A stretch of 64,000 nucleotides of DNA from Hyaloraphidium curvatum SAG 235-1 (Eukaryota; Fungi; Monoblepharomycota): the NCBI GenBank assembly GCA_025558095.1, contig JAIVFI010000001.1:124001-188000 (forward strand), given 5' to 3'. A program made the position numbers and the translations under genes. Each line of letters starts with the position of its first letter. Positions within the stretch are counted from its first letter, which is position 1. Positions 24,587 through 36,414 of the stretch are shown here, piece after piece. Below the pieces are notes generated by a model that had not been told where the DNA came from, made no database searches, and saw only the letters and a list, made by a program, of their open reading frames with translations.

Positions 24587-26263
24587 ATGGACGCGTCGGA
24601 AGCGACCCCGTTGCTGTCGGACAGCGCTCCCCGCGTTCCCCCACCGGAGACACAGAATGAAGGACCGTGGCATCGCTTTGAGGCCAAAATCTTCTGGACG
24701 CTCCCGCGCCTGCTCTCCCTCTGCCTTTCCCTGGCCTGCCTGCTGTTCTTTGCGCGATGGTGGCTGCCCGCACTTTCGGTCCCGCCAGAGCCACCGCGCA
24801 GACCGTCGTCGCGGCACGTGGTCACCCACGTTTCCCCGCGGACGCACCGGTTCGTCGACCGGCACGGGCGGACGGTGTTCTTCCGAGGCCTCAACGTCGT
24901 GTACAAGGCCCGGCCGTTCCACCCCGATATCGATCGGTTCCACCCCAACACGTCGTTCTCAGAGGAGGACGTGGACATCCTCGCGGACCTGGGGCTCAAC
25001 GTAATCCGCCTGGCCGTCATGTGGCCCGGCGCCGAGCCCGAGCGGGGAAAGTGGAACAACACGTACTTTGACGTGCTAAAGACGATCGTCGAGCGCTGCC
25101 GTAAGGCCGACATTTCCGTGCTTTTGGAGTTTCACCAGGACAACTTCGGACCCGACTTTTGCGGTGAAGGTTTCCCGTCGTGGCTGCCGCGCTCGTCCGC
25201 GACGCGCAGCACTAGCTGGCGCTCCTTTCCCTTTCCGATCGAGAGCCCGTGGCCGTCGGGCGACCCGCGCTTCCGCAACTGCTCCGCGCGCGACGACTGG
25301 GCAAAATACCAGCTGAGCTGGGCTACCTCGCGCGCGTTCCAGGACGTCTATGGGGATGTCGGCGGCGCTTTGGACCTGTTCAGGCGGTTCTGGACCAAAG
25401 TCGCAAGCGAGTTCCGCTCGTTCGACAACATCTTGGGCTACGAGCTCATCAACGAGGCGTGGGTCGGCAACATCTTCAACGACCCGACGCTTCTGCTTCC
25501 CGGGGTTGCCGACGCTGTCAACCTCCAACCTCTTCAACAAACCGTTGCCTCCGCCGTGCTTGCCGGCGACCCCGACGCCCTCGTCTTTTTCGGCCACGTC
25601 CCCTTCGACAACCTCTGGACGGGCCTCTTCCGCACCCCCGCCGCCCCGAAGCGCAGCGTTCTGGCTTTCCACTACTATTCCCGCTCCCTCGGCGGGCCGG
25701 ACCTCTTTTCCCTCCCGCACGTGCTGAGCCAGCGCGCCTGGGACGCCGCGCGGCTGCACTGCGGCCTCTTCCTCTCCGAATTCGACGTGGGGTTCTACGA
25801 GGGGAACATGACGGGGCTCGCGGAGCGGCTCCGCGCCCTGGACGCCGCGGGCATGTCCTGGACGGGCTACTCGTACAAGCCCTTCATCCCGATAACGGGG
25901 TGGGGCGATTCGCTGATCGATATGCGGACGGGCAAGGTGCGGCCCGCCATGGCGAAAGTCTTTTCGCGCGCGTGGCCGCGGGCGGTTGCCGGGACCGGCG
26001 TTGCCTTCTCGTTCGTCGAGGAGCGCGCCGCGTTCAGGCTGGCGTTCGATGCCGATCCCACCGTCAGCGAGCCGACCGTGGTCTACGTATCGAGAAAGCA
26101 CTGGTACCCTCGCGGCTTCCGCGTCGACGTCGTGCCCGCGCACGCCGCCTCCGTCGAGGTCAAACAACGCGGGGGAGGCGCGTCGCTTGTCGAGGTCCGC
26201 TTCCGAAGGGGAAAGGTGCGAACGGGGGAGAAGGTCGAGGTGCTGATCGCCCCGAGGAAGTAG
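24587..26263 (+). CDS. GH5 endoglycoceramidase-like glycoside hydrolase, type II membrane anchor
   Basis: GRTVFFRGLNVVYK, GLNVIRL...WPGAEP, HQD, GYELINEA (acid/base Glu), FHYY, FLSEF (nucleophile) and a C-terminal beta-sandwich (RAWPRAVAG...YPRG). Confidence 0.9.
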   Translation: MDASEATPLLSDSAPRVPPPETQNEGPWHRFEAKIFWTLPRLLSLCLSLACLLFFARWWLPALSVPPEPPRRPSSRHVVTHVSPRTHRFVDRHGRTVFFRGLNVVYKARPFHPDIDRFHPNTSFSEEDVDILADLGLNVIRLAVMWPGAEPERGKWNNTYFDVLKTIVERCRKADISVLLEFHQDNFGPDFCGEGFPSWLPRSSATRSTSWRSFPFPIESPWPSGDPRFRNCSARDDWAKYQLSWATSRAFQDVYGDVGGALDLFRRFWTKVASEFRSFDNILGYELINEAWVGNIFNDPTLLLPGVADAVNLQPLQQTVASAVLAGDPDALVFFGHVPFDNLWTGLFRTPAAPKRSVLAFHYYSRSLGGPDLFSLPHVLSQRAWDAARLHCGLFLSEFDVGFYEGNMTGLAERLRALDAAGMSWTGYSYKPFIPITGWGDSLIDMRTGKVRPAMAKVFSRAWPRAVAGTGVAFSFVEERAAFRLAFDADPTVSEPTVVYVSRKHWYPRGFRVDVVPAHAASVEVKQRGGGASLVEVRFRRGKVRTGEKVEVLIAPRK

Positions 26264-26297
26264 ATTATGTACAGGATCGGCGGGGAATCGGCGGCCT

Positions 26298-27023
26298 TCA
26301 CTCCTCCGCGGCCGGTTCCGCGTCCATCTCGGTGTCTTTGCTGAGCGATGATTCTTCGTACGCCTCGAGGAGCTTCTTCAGGTCCTCGGTGGTGAAGTCT
26401 TGCTCGAGAGCGGTCTCGGAGGATTCGTCGGCGCTCTCTGTGACAATGGGTGAGAACAGTGCCTGTTAACCCAGTGCGGGAAACCCACCGGCGAGGATGA
26501 CGGCGGGTCCGTTGACGGCCAAAACCTTGTGCTCGGCGGCAAGTCCCGGTCCCGTGAGAATCTTCAGTCGGAAATCGGGCGCGCAACGGGCGCAACCACG
26601 GAAAGCGGCGCGGGCGGAACGGGCAAGGCGTGTGAGCCATTCTCACACGTCCCTGGCCGCCGCCCGGCGCCCGCTTGCCTTGGAGGCGACCGTATTGCGC
26701 GGCATGCCCGCGTTGGCCGCGGAATCCGTGATGACCGTCAGGCGCGGGAAGCCGTGCGCGGCCCAGCCGGCAGCGACGCCGGCTTCCGTCCGCGGCGGGA
26801 AGCCGTTGCCGCCATTTTGCTCCGTCTTGTCTTTCGTAAAGAGCTTCTGAATGGCCTGCGTGTGTTCTGCGGCGCCGAACTTGCTGATGACGGGCAGGCC
26901 GACGTCTTTCGCCGGGCCGTCCACCGGGACGTAGACGGCCTTGTACAGCTGGCGACTCGTCGACGAGCCCCGCTTCCGCGGGGCGCCGGCGGGCGTGGGA
27001 GACTTTGGTTCGGAGGCTGGCAT
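26298..27023 (-). CDS. Hypothetical protein (~3 exons, acidic C-terminus)
   Basis: MPASEPKSP... exon; putative introns ~26560-26647 and ~26439-26489 join ILTGPG...VNGPAVILA and ESADESS...PAAEE-stop. No family recognised. Confidence 0.6.
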
Positions 27024-27700
27024 GCCGAGAGTGGGTCTCGGAGCGGCCTCGGGTGTGCTAAGGGGAAACGGAGTTTGAAGTGCGTGTGACTCGCAGCGTG
27101 AGCTGCTAAGTCTGCCACGGCCGCGCGTGCACATCCATGCCCGCCGCTCGCACGCTCCGTCCAATCCGTCACTTCGAACACTAGCAAACTATGGATGGAC
27201 ATCTCACAAAAGTACCGGTCGCTGTGCTGACCTCGATGTGACCACCGGGCTTCTGGGCGTTATCAATGTCGCGGAAAGCACAACATGGACAGCGAAACGG
27301 CGTGATCAAGTGTCCCAATCAACGAAGCAGACCTGTCCGAGCATAGATGGTCTTTCTTCGGATGTCTGAGCAACGGATTGGCGGATTGTGCCTGACCCGC
27401 TCACTCAAGTCTGGTGGCGTTCGCTCGTCCCATCGGGCGCAAGCACGGTTCTTGAGGCCCGTGGGCAAGCATTCCTTTCCCAGTAATGCCATCCGCAGAT
27501 CGAAGTTCTCTCAGGTTCATTTGCTTGAGCCCCATTGAGTTGTGAAGGCTGCCTCAGGGCGGCGGAGCCAGAACGGGTGCAGGGTTGGTTCTGGTGCACC
27601 CGCGCTCACTCCCACGCGCGAATCGAGGCCTCAGGCCCGTGGCGACCGCGCCAAGCTCTCCTGCGGACGCTTTGGACGCCGTACCTTCGCTTTGGCCGCG

Positions 27701-30700
27701 ATGGAGGGCGCATCGCGGTCTCCGGGGCGCCGTCGGCCACCGCGCCCCCCCGCGGTCCGCGTCGCCGCCGCGTGCCTGCTCCTCGCGGCGCTGTGGGCGC
27801 TAGTTCCGCCGAAAGATTCTTCATTGGACACTGCTGGACGCGGGATTGAGCCCGTCGGCGGCCGGAATCCCCTCCCGTTTGCCCACGCGCTCCCAATGGA
27901 GCCGCCCCGGGTGGCACGCCCGGCTGCGGGCCGCGCTGCGGTGCCGCGCATGGTGCCGCGGGCGGCCAAGAGCGCGGCAAAGGGAACCAAGGGCAAGAAG
28001 GTCGTCGAGGAGGAAGAGGAGCCCGAGGAAGAGCCCGAGGGCGACGACGAGGAAGAGGAACCGAAGGAGGAAGAAGCGGAGGAAGAGGAGCCCGCAGAGG
28101 AGGAGGAACCGGCCGAGGAGGAGGAACCGGCCGAGGATGAGGCCGAGGAAGAGGAGCCGGCCGAGGAGGAAGAAGCCGCCGAGGAAGAGGCTTCGGAGGA
28201 TGAAGAACCTGAGGAGGAAGCTGCCGAGGAAGAAGAGCCCGTGGACGAGGAGGAAGCCGCCGAGGAGGAAGAGCCGGCGGAAGAGGAAGAGCCGGAGGAA
28301 GTGGAAGAGCCTGAGGAAGAGGAAGAGCCTGAGGAAGAGGAGCCCGAGGAGGAAGAACCATCGGAAGGTGCGTGTTTGCTGCCAAAGTCGCCCCCTCACG
28401 CTCATGGGAAGAACGCATCCGCAGAAGAGCCGGAGGAAGCCGAGGAAGAAGAGCCGGAGGAGCCCGAGGAGGTGGAGCCCGACGAGTCGACGCAGGCCCT
28501 CGCCGCCGTGCTCGGCGTCGGACCCGACAAGCTCCCCTCGCTGCTCCAGGGCCTCTCGGACGGCATCGCCGTCGCTCTCTGCTCCTTGGCCCAGGACTCC
28601 ATCAAGGGCCTCACCGGCGAGGACAAGGGCGCCATCGCCAGCGCCTGCGCCTCCGTGCGCGGGGACGACGCCGAGGCCAACCCGGCCGTGCTGGTGGTCA
28701 GGAATCTGTCCAGCCTGGCGGCGGGCAGCTCGCTGCCGCCCAAGCTGGTGTCGGCGCTGGGCTGCGTGACGGGGCCGATCAAGGACCTGTCGCTCGCAGG
28801 GAAAAAGGTCATCATCGGGTTCGGGCCGGATCCCGAAGCTGAGGGGACCGAGGACGGCGAGGGCGGTGATGCCGACGCCGCGGAAGCGGAACCGGAGGCC
28901 GGCGAGGAAGCCGAGGCCGCGGACGATGCGAGGAGGAAGCTCGCCATGCGCGACGGCGATGCGACGCCGCATTCATTGGGACGGCGGATCTCCTTGATGG
29001 ATAGGCTGCGGGGTGGGGGGAGATTGCCGTTGGGCATTCCGAAGCTGCCGGTCAGGCCCGATCGGCCCGAGCTGCCAGTCAGGCCGGGGCTTCCCGGGCT
29101 GAAATTGCCGGGTGGCGGACCAAAGATGGTCGGGAACGGCTTCATCGGTCTGAAGCTCAACCTTGCCGGGTTTAAACCGCCCGAGCTGCCGCCCTCGCTC
29201 TCGCCCGTGTTGGACCTTCCGCGGCAGATCGCGGAATGGATGCAGGCGCCGCGGACGTACCAATGCCCGCCCAACACCTTTGCGTACGGCGAACTCGCCA
29301 CTGGCGGGTTCTGCTGCTCGGTGCCCCTGGCAGGGGCCAGCTGCCCGGGCGCCAACTGCGCCTTTCCCAAGACACCGCGCAGGCCGGGCGCCAAGTTCGA
29401 GTACTGCACGGGCGGCTCGGAGATCCAGTGCCCGATTGGCCAGAAGGCGTTTGGCGACGTGCTCGGCGGGTACTGCTGCAAGGGGGCGGTTGCGCCCACC
29501 GGCATGGCTTGCACGGGCGAGATGTGCGCCGTGGCTGGGGTAGGTCATTCGCAGGCTGACTTTCCGTACTCGATCTGAGCATTTGATGCAGAACACGCGC
29601 AAGGGACTTGGGGCCAACGTTCCCGTGTGCGGCGCCGAGTCGGCCCCACCGCCGTCGTTGAGCGACGCCTTCAAGTCGGGACCTCCGCCACCCAAAGTGC
29701 CACCGAGCGACGGCAGCTTCGGGCCCGTTGACGTGCGGAAGATTCCCAACTTCATTTGCCCGGGAGGCACGACGCCATGTGAGCTTGCACCCGTGAGCTC
29801 GAGGGTAGCGATTGACTTTTGCCGATCACAGATGGCAACGACAAGGAAGCCTTCTGCTGCAACGGCAAAGTCACCAACGGAAAGTGCAGTGGTGACTCGT
29901 GCCCGTTTCCGAGGGTTAGTGTTGTCCGTGGCGTCTTTCGCCCACGTTTCGCTGATTCGCCAAACAGAACCCCGGCGCCAAAGATTCGGACCTCTGCAAG
30001 GGCGGCAGTCGGTTCTCGTGCCAGCTTGGCTCCGTTCCATTCGGCGACGAACAGGGCGGCTTCTGCTGCCCGACTGGACTCGTGAAGGGCAAATGCCAGG
30101 GCACCGCGTGCGCCTTCCCCTCGAACCCGGCGCCAAACGGCCTCGCGATCTGCAAGGGCACGGCCTCGCGCGACCTCTCGGCTCCCGACGGGCAGACCAT
30201 CGCCGATCAACCGGGCAAGATCGCGCCCGAGGCAGCGGCGCCGGAGAAGGTCCGGGCCGCGATGGCGCCCGTCGAGCGCGGCGAGATCAAGTTGGAGTGC
30301 AGTACCACGAGCGCTCGTCGGTTCGCACTCCGCGTGCCGGGCATGGACCTTTCGTTCAAGGTGGCCGGGCCGTTAATCAAGATCGTGCTGGGAGGTACGG
30401 CCTTCATCCTGCCGGACGTGTTTGGCTATCTTCCAGACATCGCGACGCTGAGCTCGGTGTCGTTCGACATGGCGGACGCGACGACGGTGGAGAATGCGCG
30501 CGTCGTCATGAGCGTCAAGGACCTCAAACTTGGGGACATGTTTGGGCTCGTCAACATCACCGCCACCGCCGCCTACACTGGCGGCTCGGCATCGTTCGAG
30601 CTCGGGGGCGCCGCGCTGCTCCCGCTGTTCAAGAAGGGGATATCTTTCGCCCTTCCGCTGATCGGCGCTACGGACGTGATACCGCTTAAGCTGTCGGCTG

Positions 30701-33700
30701 CGTCGGAACCCATCACTGTGCGATCAATGCTCTCCGCCGTCAAGCTTGACTCGGTGGTCGACTCGCTGCCCCCGATCCCCGTGCTTTCGTCGGGCCTGGC
30801 CACGCTGCTCGCCGTGCAGATCAAGGACATCATCTTCACCTTCTGCATGCCGGGCGGGTCGGGGTGCACGACACGGCTTACCCTGCGTGCTCTGATCCCT
30901 GACGCCGACAAGTTGATCAAAAGCGACGTCATACCCCTGAAGCTGGATAGCGCGACGATCATGGTCGCAATCGCGAACCCGTTCAATGCCCAACGGCGGC
31001 TGGACGTCAAGCTTGAGGGCCAGTGGACCGTCGGCGGCGCCCCGCTGACCACGACGATCGTGCGCTCGCCCACGGGAGGTTCGGACTTTATCTCCTTCGA
31101 CGAGTACGGTCGGCGTACAATGCACCTTGTCCCGCGGGACTGGGAGGGTTTCGGACCGTCCGTGGACCCGGACGACGCCGTGGACGACGACGAATCCTTA
31201 CTCGACTTGCCTCCCCACGAGCCGGACATGTCGACCTGGGTCTCTTACCCTTCAATCTCGGACGACCATCCTTTCACCTTCTACGGCCTCCCGCTCGCCC
31301 ATCTCAACCACCACATGTACCAGCGCCATCTCCGGAAGCGCGGCCTGAACGAGACTGCGTACTTGGCCGAGCGCACCCAGATGCAACTGGCGAAACGTTC
31401 CTCGCAGCGACTGGAGAAGCGTACCGCGGGCGCTGCGGCTCCGGCAACGCCCCCTCCCAGCTCGGCAGCGGCTCCGGGAAGTCCGGCTTCTGCGAAACCC
31501 ATCCGCGCCCCGCCCGGTTCGGCCGGCAAATGGATCATCACAGCCCGCGCCGAGACGCTGGAGCTGGGCAAGCTGCTTGCCGGCATTGCGGCCGAGATCT
31601 TCCCTGCTGGTGAGCATCGTTTTGGTCTTGGCCTCAACAGACCGTGCCTAACTCCCCTTCGAGGACCGGTCGCCCCGCTCATCGAGAGCACGGGCTTGAA
31701 GAACTTCAAGATCAACGACTTTTATCTCGCTGTGGTGCTCGGCGGCGGCGACGCCATCGTGCGGGTCGGAGGCGAGGCTTCGTTCATGCCCGGCGCCAAG
31801 CTCCAGATCATCGCCGGCAAGCAGAACGGCGGCGCTTTCGGGGGCTCCTTGGCGCTCGCCATCCGAGGCGACGCTTTCACGACGCTCCTTTCCAAGATGA
31901 TGCCCAGCTTCAAGATGCCGGGCGGAGTGAACCTCGTTGCTTCTGGGGTGACCGTGAGTGACCTGAATCGGGGCCAAGTCCTGTGTAGATCCTAAACTGC
32001 CGCCGTGCCCAGATGGGGCTGCTCGTGTCGTCCAACAACGTCAACCTGGTCGGGACCCCCTTGGCACTCGACCCGCCCCTCGACTACCTCCCCGAGCTCA
32101 AGCGGGGCCTGACCATGAACGTCCGCATGGGCCTGCCGCCCGACTGCGCCGGATCCAGCTTCTGCGACGTCTTAAAGAAGCTTCTCGGGGCCAACGCCGG
32201 CCTGCAGATCAACGCGGTCATAAACCCGCCGGACATCTCGTTTTCGGCCGCGGTCTCCGACATCCAGATCACGAACGGCCTGCTCCTCAAGGCCGTCGGA
32301 TTCTCGGCCTCCTTCCCGTCGATGGCAATCATGCTGTTCGGCTCACTGCAGATTGCGGTCGACTCGAAGCAGCCGCCACTTCTGCTAGAGGCCCATATCG
32401 GCATCAAGGGCGCCAGCGTACAGCTGGGCGCGACTATGAAGGGCATCTGGCAGCGCGCCTTTGGTTGGGACCGGCTCAACGTCGGCAACATCGTCGTCGA
32501 GGTCGGCATCACGGCCACGCTCGGAGCACCTTCCATCCTGATCGGCGGCGAAATCGGCATCGGCAAGAACTGCTACACCCCGACTGGCCAGTTCGACCTG
32601 AACTCGCTGTGCATTGGCGGCGCCGCCTATGTCTCCGTGAATCCTGCGAACCCGCAGGGCAACTGGTCTGTAGCTCGCCGTCGGACCGTGGCCCACCATC
32701 TTGCTGACCTTCCTCGCCAGGTTCGCCGCCGAAATCAACAACCTGGACATCAAGCACATCATCTCCGCTTTCACTGACACGAAGCCCGATCCGAACAAGA
32801 TCCCCCAACCCATTCTCAACTCTGGCTTCCCCGGCAAAACCTCCATCTCGTTCTGCCCCCTGGGTGGCTGCGTCGCGCCTAACAGGGAGTTTCCGATGGG
32901 CTTCTGTGGGTGCTCGTGCGTCTGCGCGCGGCGCTTTGGACGCTGACGCCTTTTTCCAACTCAGACCTCAAGGGGACGCTCAACATCCTGGACGTCACGG
33001 CCAAGTGCGAGATCCAGGTCGATCCCGGCAACGGCTTCAAGATCGAGGCTGAGCTGAGCCCCATCAACCTCGCGGGCGGCCTGATCCAGGCCTTCTACAG
33101 CAAGACGGACCAGTCCCGGGGGCCCTACTTCCTTGTCAACATGCAGTACGCCCAGATCACGGACATGAAGATCGAGCTCCACTGCTTCGTCAAGGTCCTC
33201 GTCTTCGAAGTCAGCGCGCAGATATCGATCACCCCGACGAACTGGAACATCGGTACGTTGCGCGCTTCGGACCGATCACCACAAACGTATGAAACCCTTC
33301 TACAGAGTTCACCAACAAGTACTTCCTTTTCGACGCGCTCTTCCAGTTCAAGGCCAGCATTGGAGCTCGAACGCGTAAGTTTGAGCGCAGATGAAGCTCT
33401 GCCGTCCCTCAACTGTGTTTCGGCACCCTGCAGAGTTCTCGGTCTACGTTGAGTTCAACATGAAATCCTTCAACCAGTTCGTGGACAAGGTCTTTGCGCA
33501 GCTCTCTGCCTGGTGCGAGGAAGGCGCCCAGAAGCTCAACGCCGCCGAAGGCGACGTCGCGGCCAAGCGACGGGAAGTAGAGGCAAAGAAGAAGGATGCC
33601 TGCGACTTCACGGTCAAGTGTGCCGAGGTAGGTGCAGGTGCTCGTACGGCAAAGTGTTCTCTCACCATCATTTTCCCAGGCGGCCGACAAGGTCAAGTGC

Positions 33701-36022
33701 GGCAGACGGCGCCGTCACCTCCTCGCCCGGTCCGAGTCGTGGGAAGAATCCTTCTACGACAACGCTGTCGTGGCGTCGTCGGGCAACCACGAGCTGATCC
33801 GGCGCTGGTCCGACTTCGTCAACGCCTTCAAGAAGGCGGGAGAGTGGATCGACAACAAGATCATCCAGCCGGCGAAGGAGTTCTTCGTGAGCACATTCGA
33901 CAAGATCAAGCAGGGCGTGTGCGCGGGCTGGAACTACGTCTCGGGCAAGATCATCAACGGCGCCTGCCAGGCGGCCTGCACGGTCGCGCAAGGCGCGCTT
34001 GATCTTGCGGTCGGTGCCATGAAGGTGGCGGAAGGAGGTTTGTACTGCTTCGGCTTGCCCATTTCCTTTCGTGGACATTGACGGTCGCGCCGCGCAGTCC
34101 TGAATGGTCTTTCGCAAATCACCCGTGCCGCCGGCAAGCTCTTCCAGATGATTGGCGACGCGCTGCGGAACATGATCCGGATCGACAGGGTGGGCATCGG
34201 CGCCGCGCTCGACATCAACTTCAAGACCGGCTTCTTGGGCGGGTCGGTGAGGCTGGTGTTCGAGGGCGTGATCTTTGGCGCCTCGATCAACATCGACTTT
34301 ACCATCGACTTCAACAGTAAGCCCCTGCGTTGCCTCGCGGGTGAGCGGCGTTGACGTTTGGCACCTCCAGACCTCCTCCAGTCCGCCATCAACTTCTTCA
34401 AGGCGAACGTAGAGCAGCGCGCCGTCAACCACGCCAAGCTCATGCGCCTCGCCGGGCGCGAGTTCGAGGACCTCGAGTTCTTCCCCACCGGCCACTTCCG
34501 CTTCAAGAAGCGTGACCTTCTCGACACCTACGACACCATCCTCTACGACTCGCGGTACATGACGCCCGAAGAGGGCATCGAGCTGCACCTCGAGCAGCGC
34601 CGGCGGAAGCGCCTGCTGAAGCGCAAACTCGGCGAGCCGGACGTCGGGGACGACGACTGGGCCGCGCAGCCGTTGAAACGCCGAGACGAGGGCAAGCGCA
34701 GCAAGCCGGCCGAGTCGGATCCCCTCGACCCCGGTGCCAATGCCGGCCAGCACATCTCCGCCTCGGAACTGCCCGTCATGCCCGCGCTGTTCCCCGACTA
34801 CGACGCCGGCCCGCCGCCCGGCATGCCCGAGGGCGAGGACAACGACTTCAGGATCAAGTTCGGCAGGGACATGTACCTCAGCTGCGATACCACCGTCGGC
34901 GCCTTCTCGCGCCAGGGAGCTCCGTGCAGGCTCAGGAACAAGGTCGGCGCGACGATGTTCATGGTGGGTGGTTGCCGCCGGATCGGCTTTGAGGCGCCTC
35001 GCTCACTCCCTGCGATCTAGTCCTGGAACGAGCCCAAGGGCCAGTCGTTCCGCGTCAACGGCAACCTGTGCCTGTCGGTCAACGCCAAATCCTCCATCGT
35101 CCTTTCGCCTTGCCTGCAGGACGTGCAGAACGGCATCTGGACGTACAACAACCGCACCGGCCAGCTCTCGGCCCAGAACGCCGGCGTCGCCGTTGCCACG
35201 GGCTTCGACGCGCCGATCACGCTCGAGGACGTGGTGATGGCGTCCACTGCAAGCGACGGCAAGTGCATGACGGCGACCAAAAAGGGCAAGCTGCGCGTGA
35301 CGACCTGCGTGCCCGAGGACGCCAGCCGGGCGGACCTCAAGGTGCAGAGCTTCCGGCCCCAGATCAACGCCGAGTCGATCAACCTGGACGACCTGGTCAC
35401 GTTCCACTCGACGGGGATGCCGCAGAAGGCCTACCTGACCACGGACAAGGACGGGACGGTGGTGCTGGCGCGCGGCGACATCCCCGAGCAGCAGAAGGAC
35501 AAGTCGGCCGCCTTCAGGGTGCTCAAGCCGATCTGCGGGGCCAACTACCACTTCACCCTCGAGTCGGTCGAGAAGCCGGGCTACTATCTCTCCCTGAGCC
35601 CCGACGACCCGAGCGAGCTCGTGATTACGGACAAGCCGAAGCGCAAGTCGGACGCGTGCTGGCTCCCCACGCCCGGCTTGGCCCGGCCCGCGCTCGGTGC
35701 CGGCTGCCCCGGCATCACCTTCGGTCTGCGCTCGGGCACGCGCAAGTCTGCCTTCATCCGGGTCAACCAGGAGGGCACGGACATCTACGTCGGGTCCGAG
35801 CCCGACAGGGTGCTGCTCTCGTGCTGGCGTCCCGTGCCGCCCGAGGGGGCGCCCAACGCCGCGGAGCTGGCCAAGCCGCCCGCGCCCGAGGACGAGGAGG
35901 AGCAGGTTGCGGTGTCGCGGGATCTGGACATCGCAGGGGGTGCGGACGAGGGCGACGACGACGATGGTGCTGCGGGGGAGTTTTGGAACGGCGTCGAGTC
36001 GGGCGGTGGGTCGGACGAGTGA
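27701..36022 (+). CDS. Giant secreted multidomain protein, paralog C (15 exons, ~2,514 aa)
   Basis: Hand-spliced introns: 28368-28424, 29540-29591, 29779-29831, 29915-29967, 31610-31663, 31954-32012, 32666-32720, 32906-32964, 33253-33305, 33375-33433, 33628-33679, 34038-34097, 34317-34370, 34964-35020. These total 777 nt and leave 7,545 nt (a multiple of 3) ending in TGA. Confidence 0.92.
28005..28470 (+). repeat. Coding Glu-rich EEEEPA-type repeat in paralog C
   Basis: Tandem degenerate ~18-bp units such as GAGGAGGAACCGGCC. Confidence 0.85.
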
Positions 36023-36414
36023 TGTGCATCGGAATGCTCGGGCATGGTCGTGCGTGGACGTTAGCTCTTTCATGGTGGAAGAGGGTTTGGGAAAGAAAGT
36101 GTGTCGGCTTCTCGCTACAGCAGATTCGTCCCTTGAAAGAGGTTGGATGAGCGTGTGAAGCGGCCGAGGTGCAAAGCTCCACCCGCGCTCGAAGTCAGCA
36201 TCTCGTGTTCATGAACCTCATCCGATTATTCTCAGCATTCCTATTGGTTGGATCGACAAGACTTTCGCGCTCGATGGCGGTGAAACAGATCCGGGCCACC
36301 TGGCTAGTGGGGCGTCGATGGGTCCAGGGCGGGTTTTCCCGTGGCGTGCCCCCACACCTCTTCCGCGGCCTCCATGGCCGCGCCGTGTGTTTCAACGTCT
36401 TAGGAAGGGCGGCG

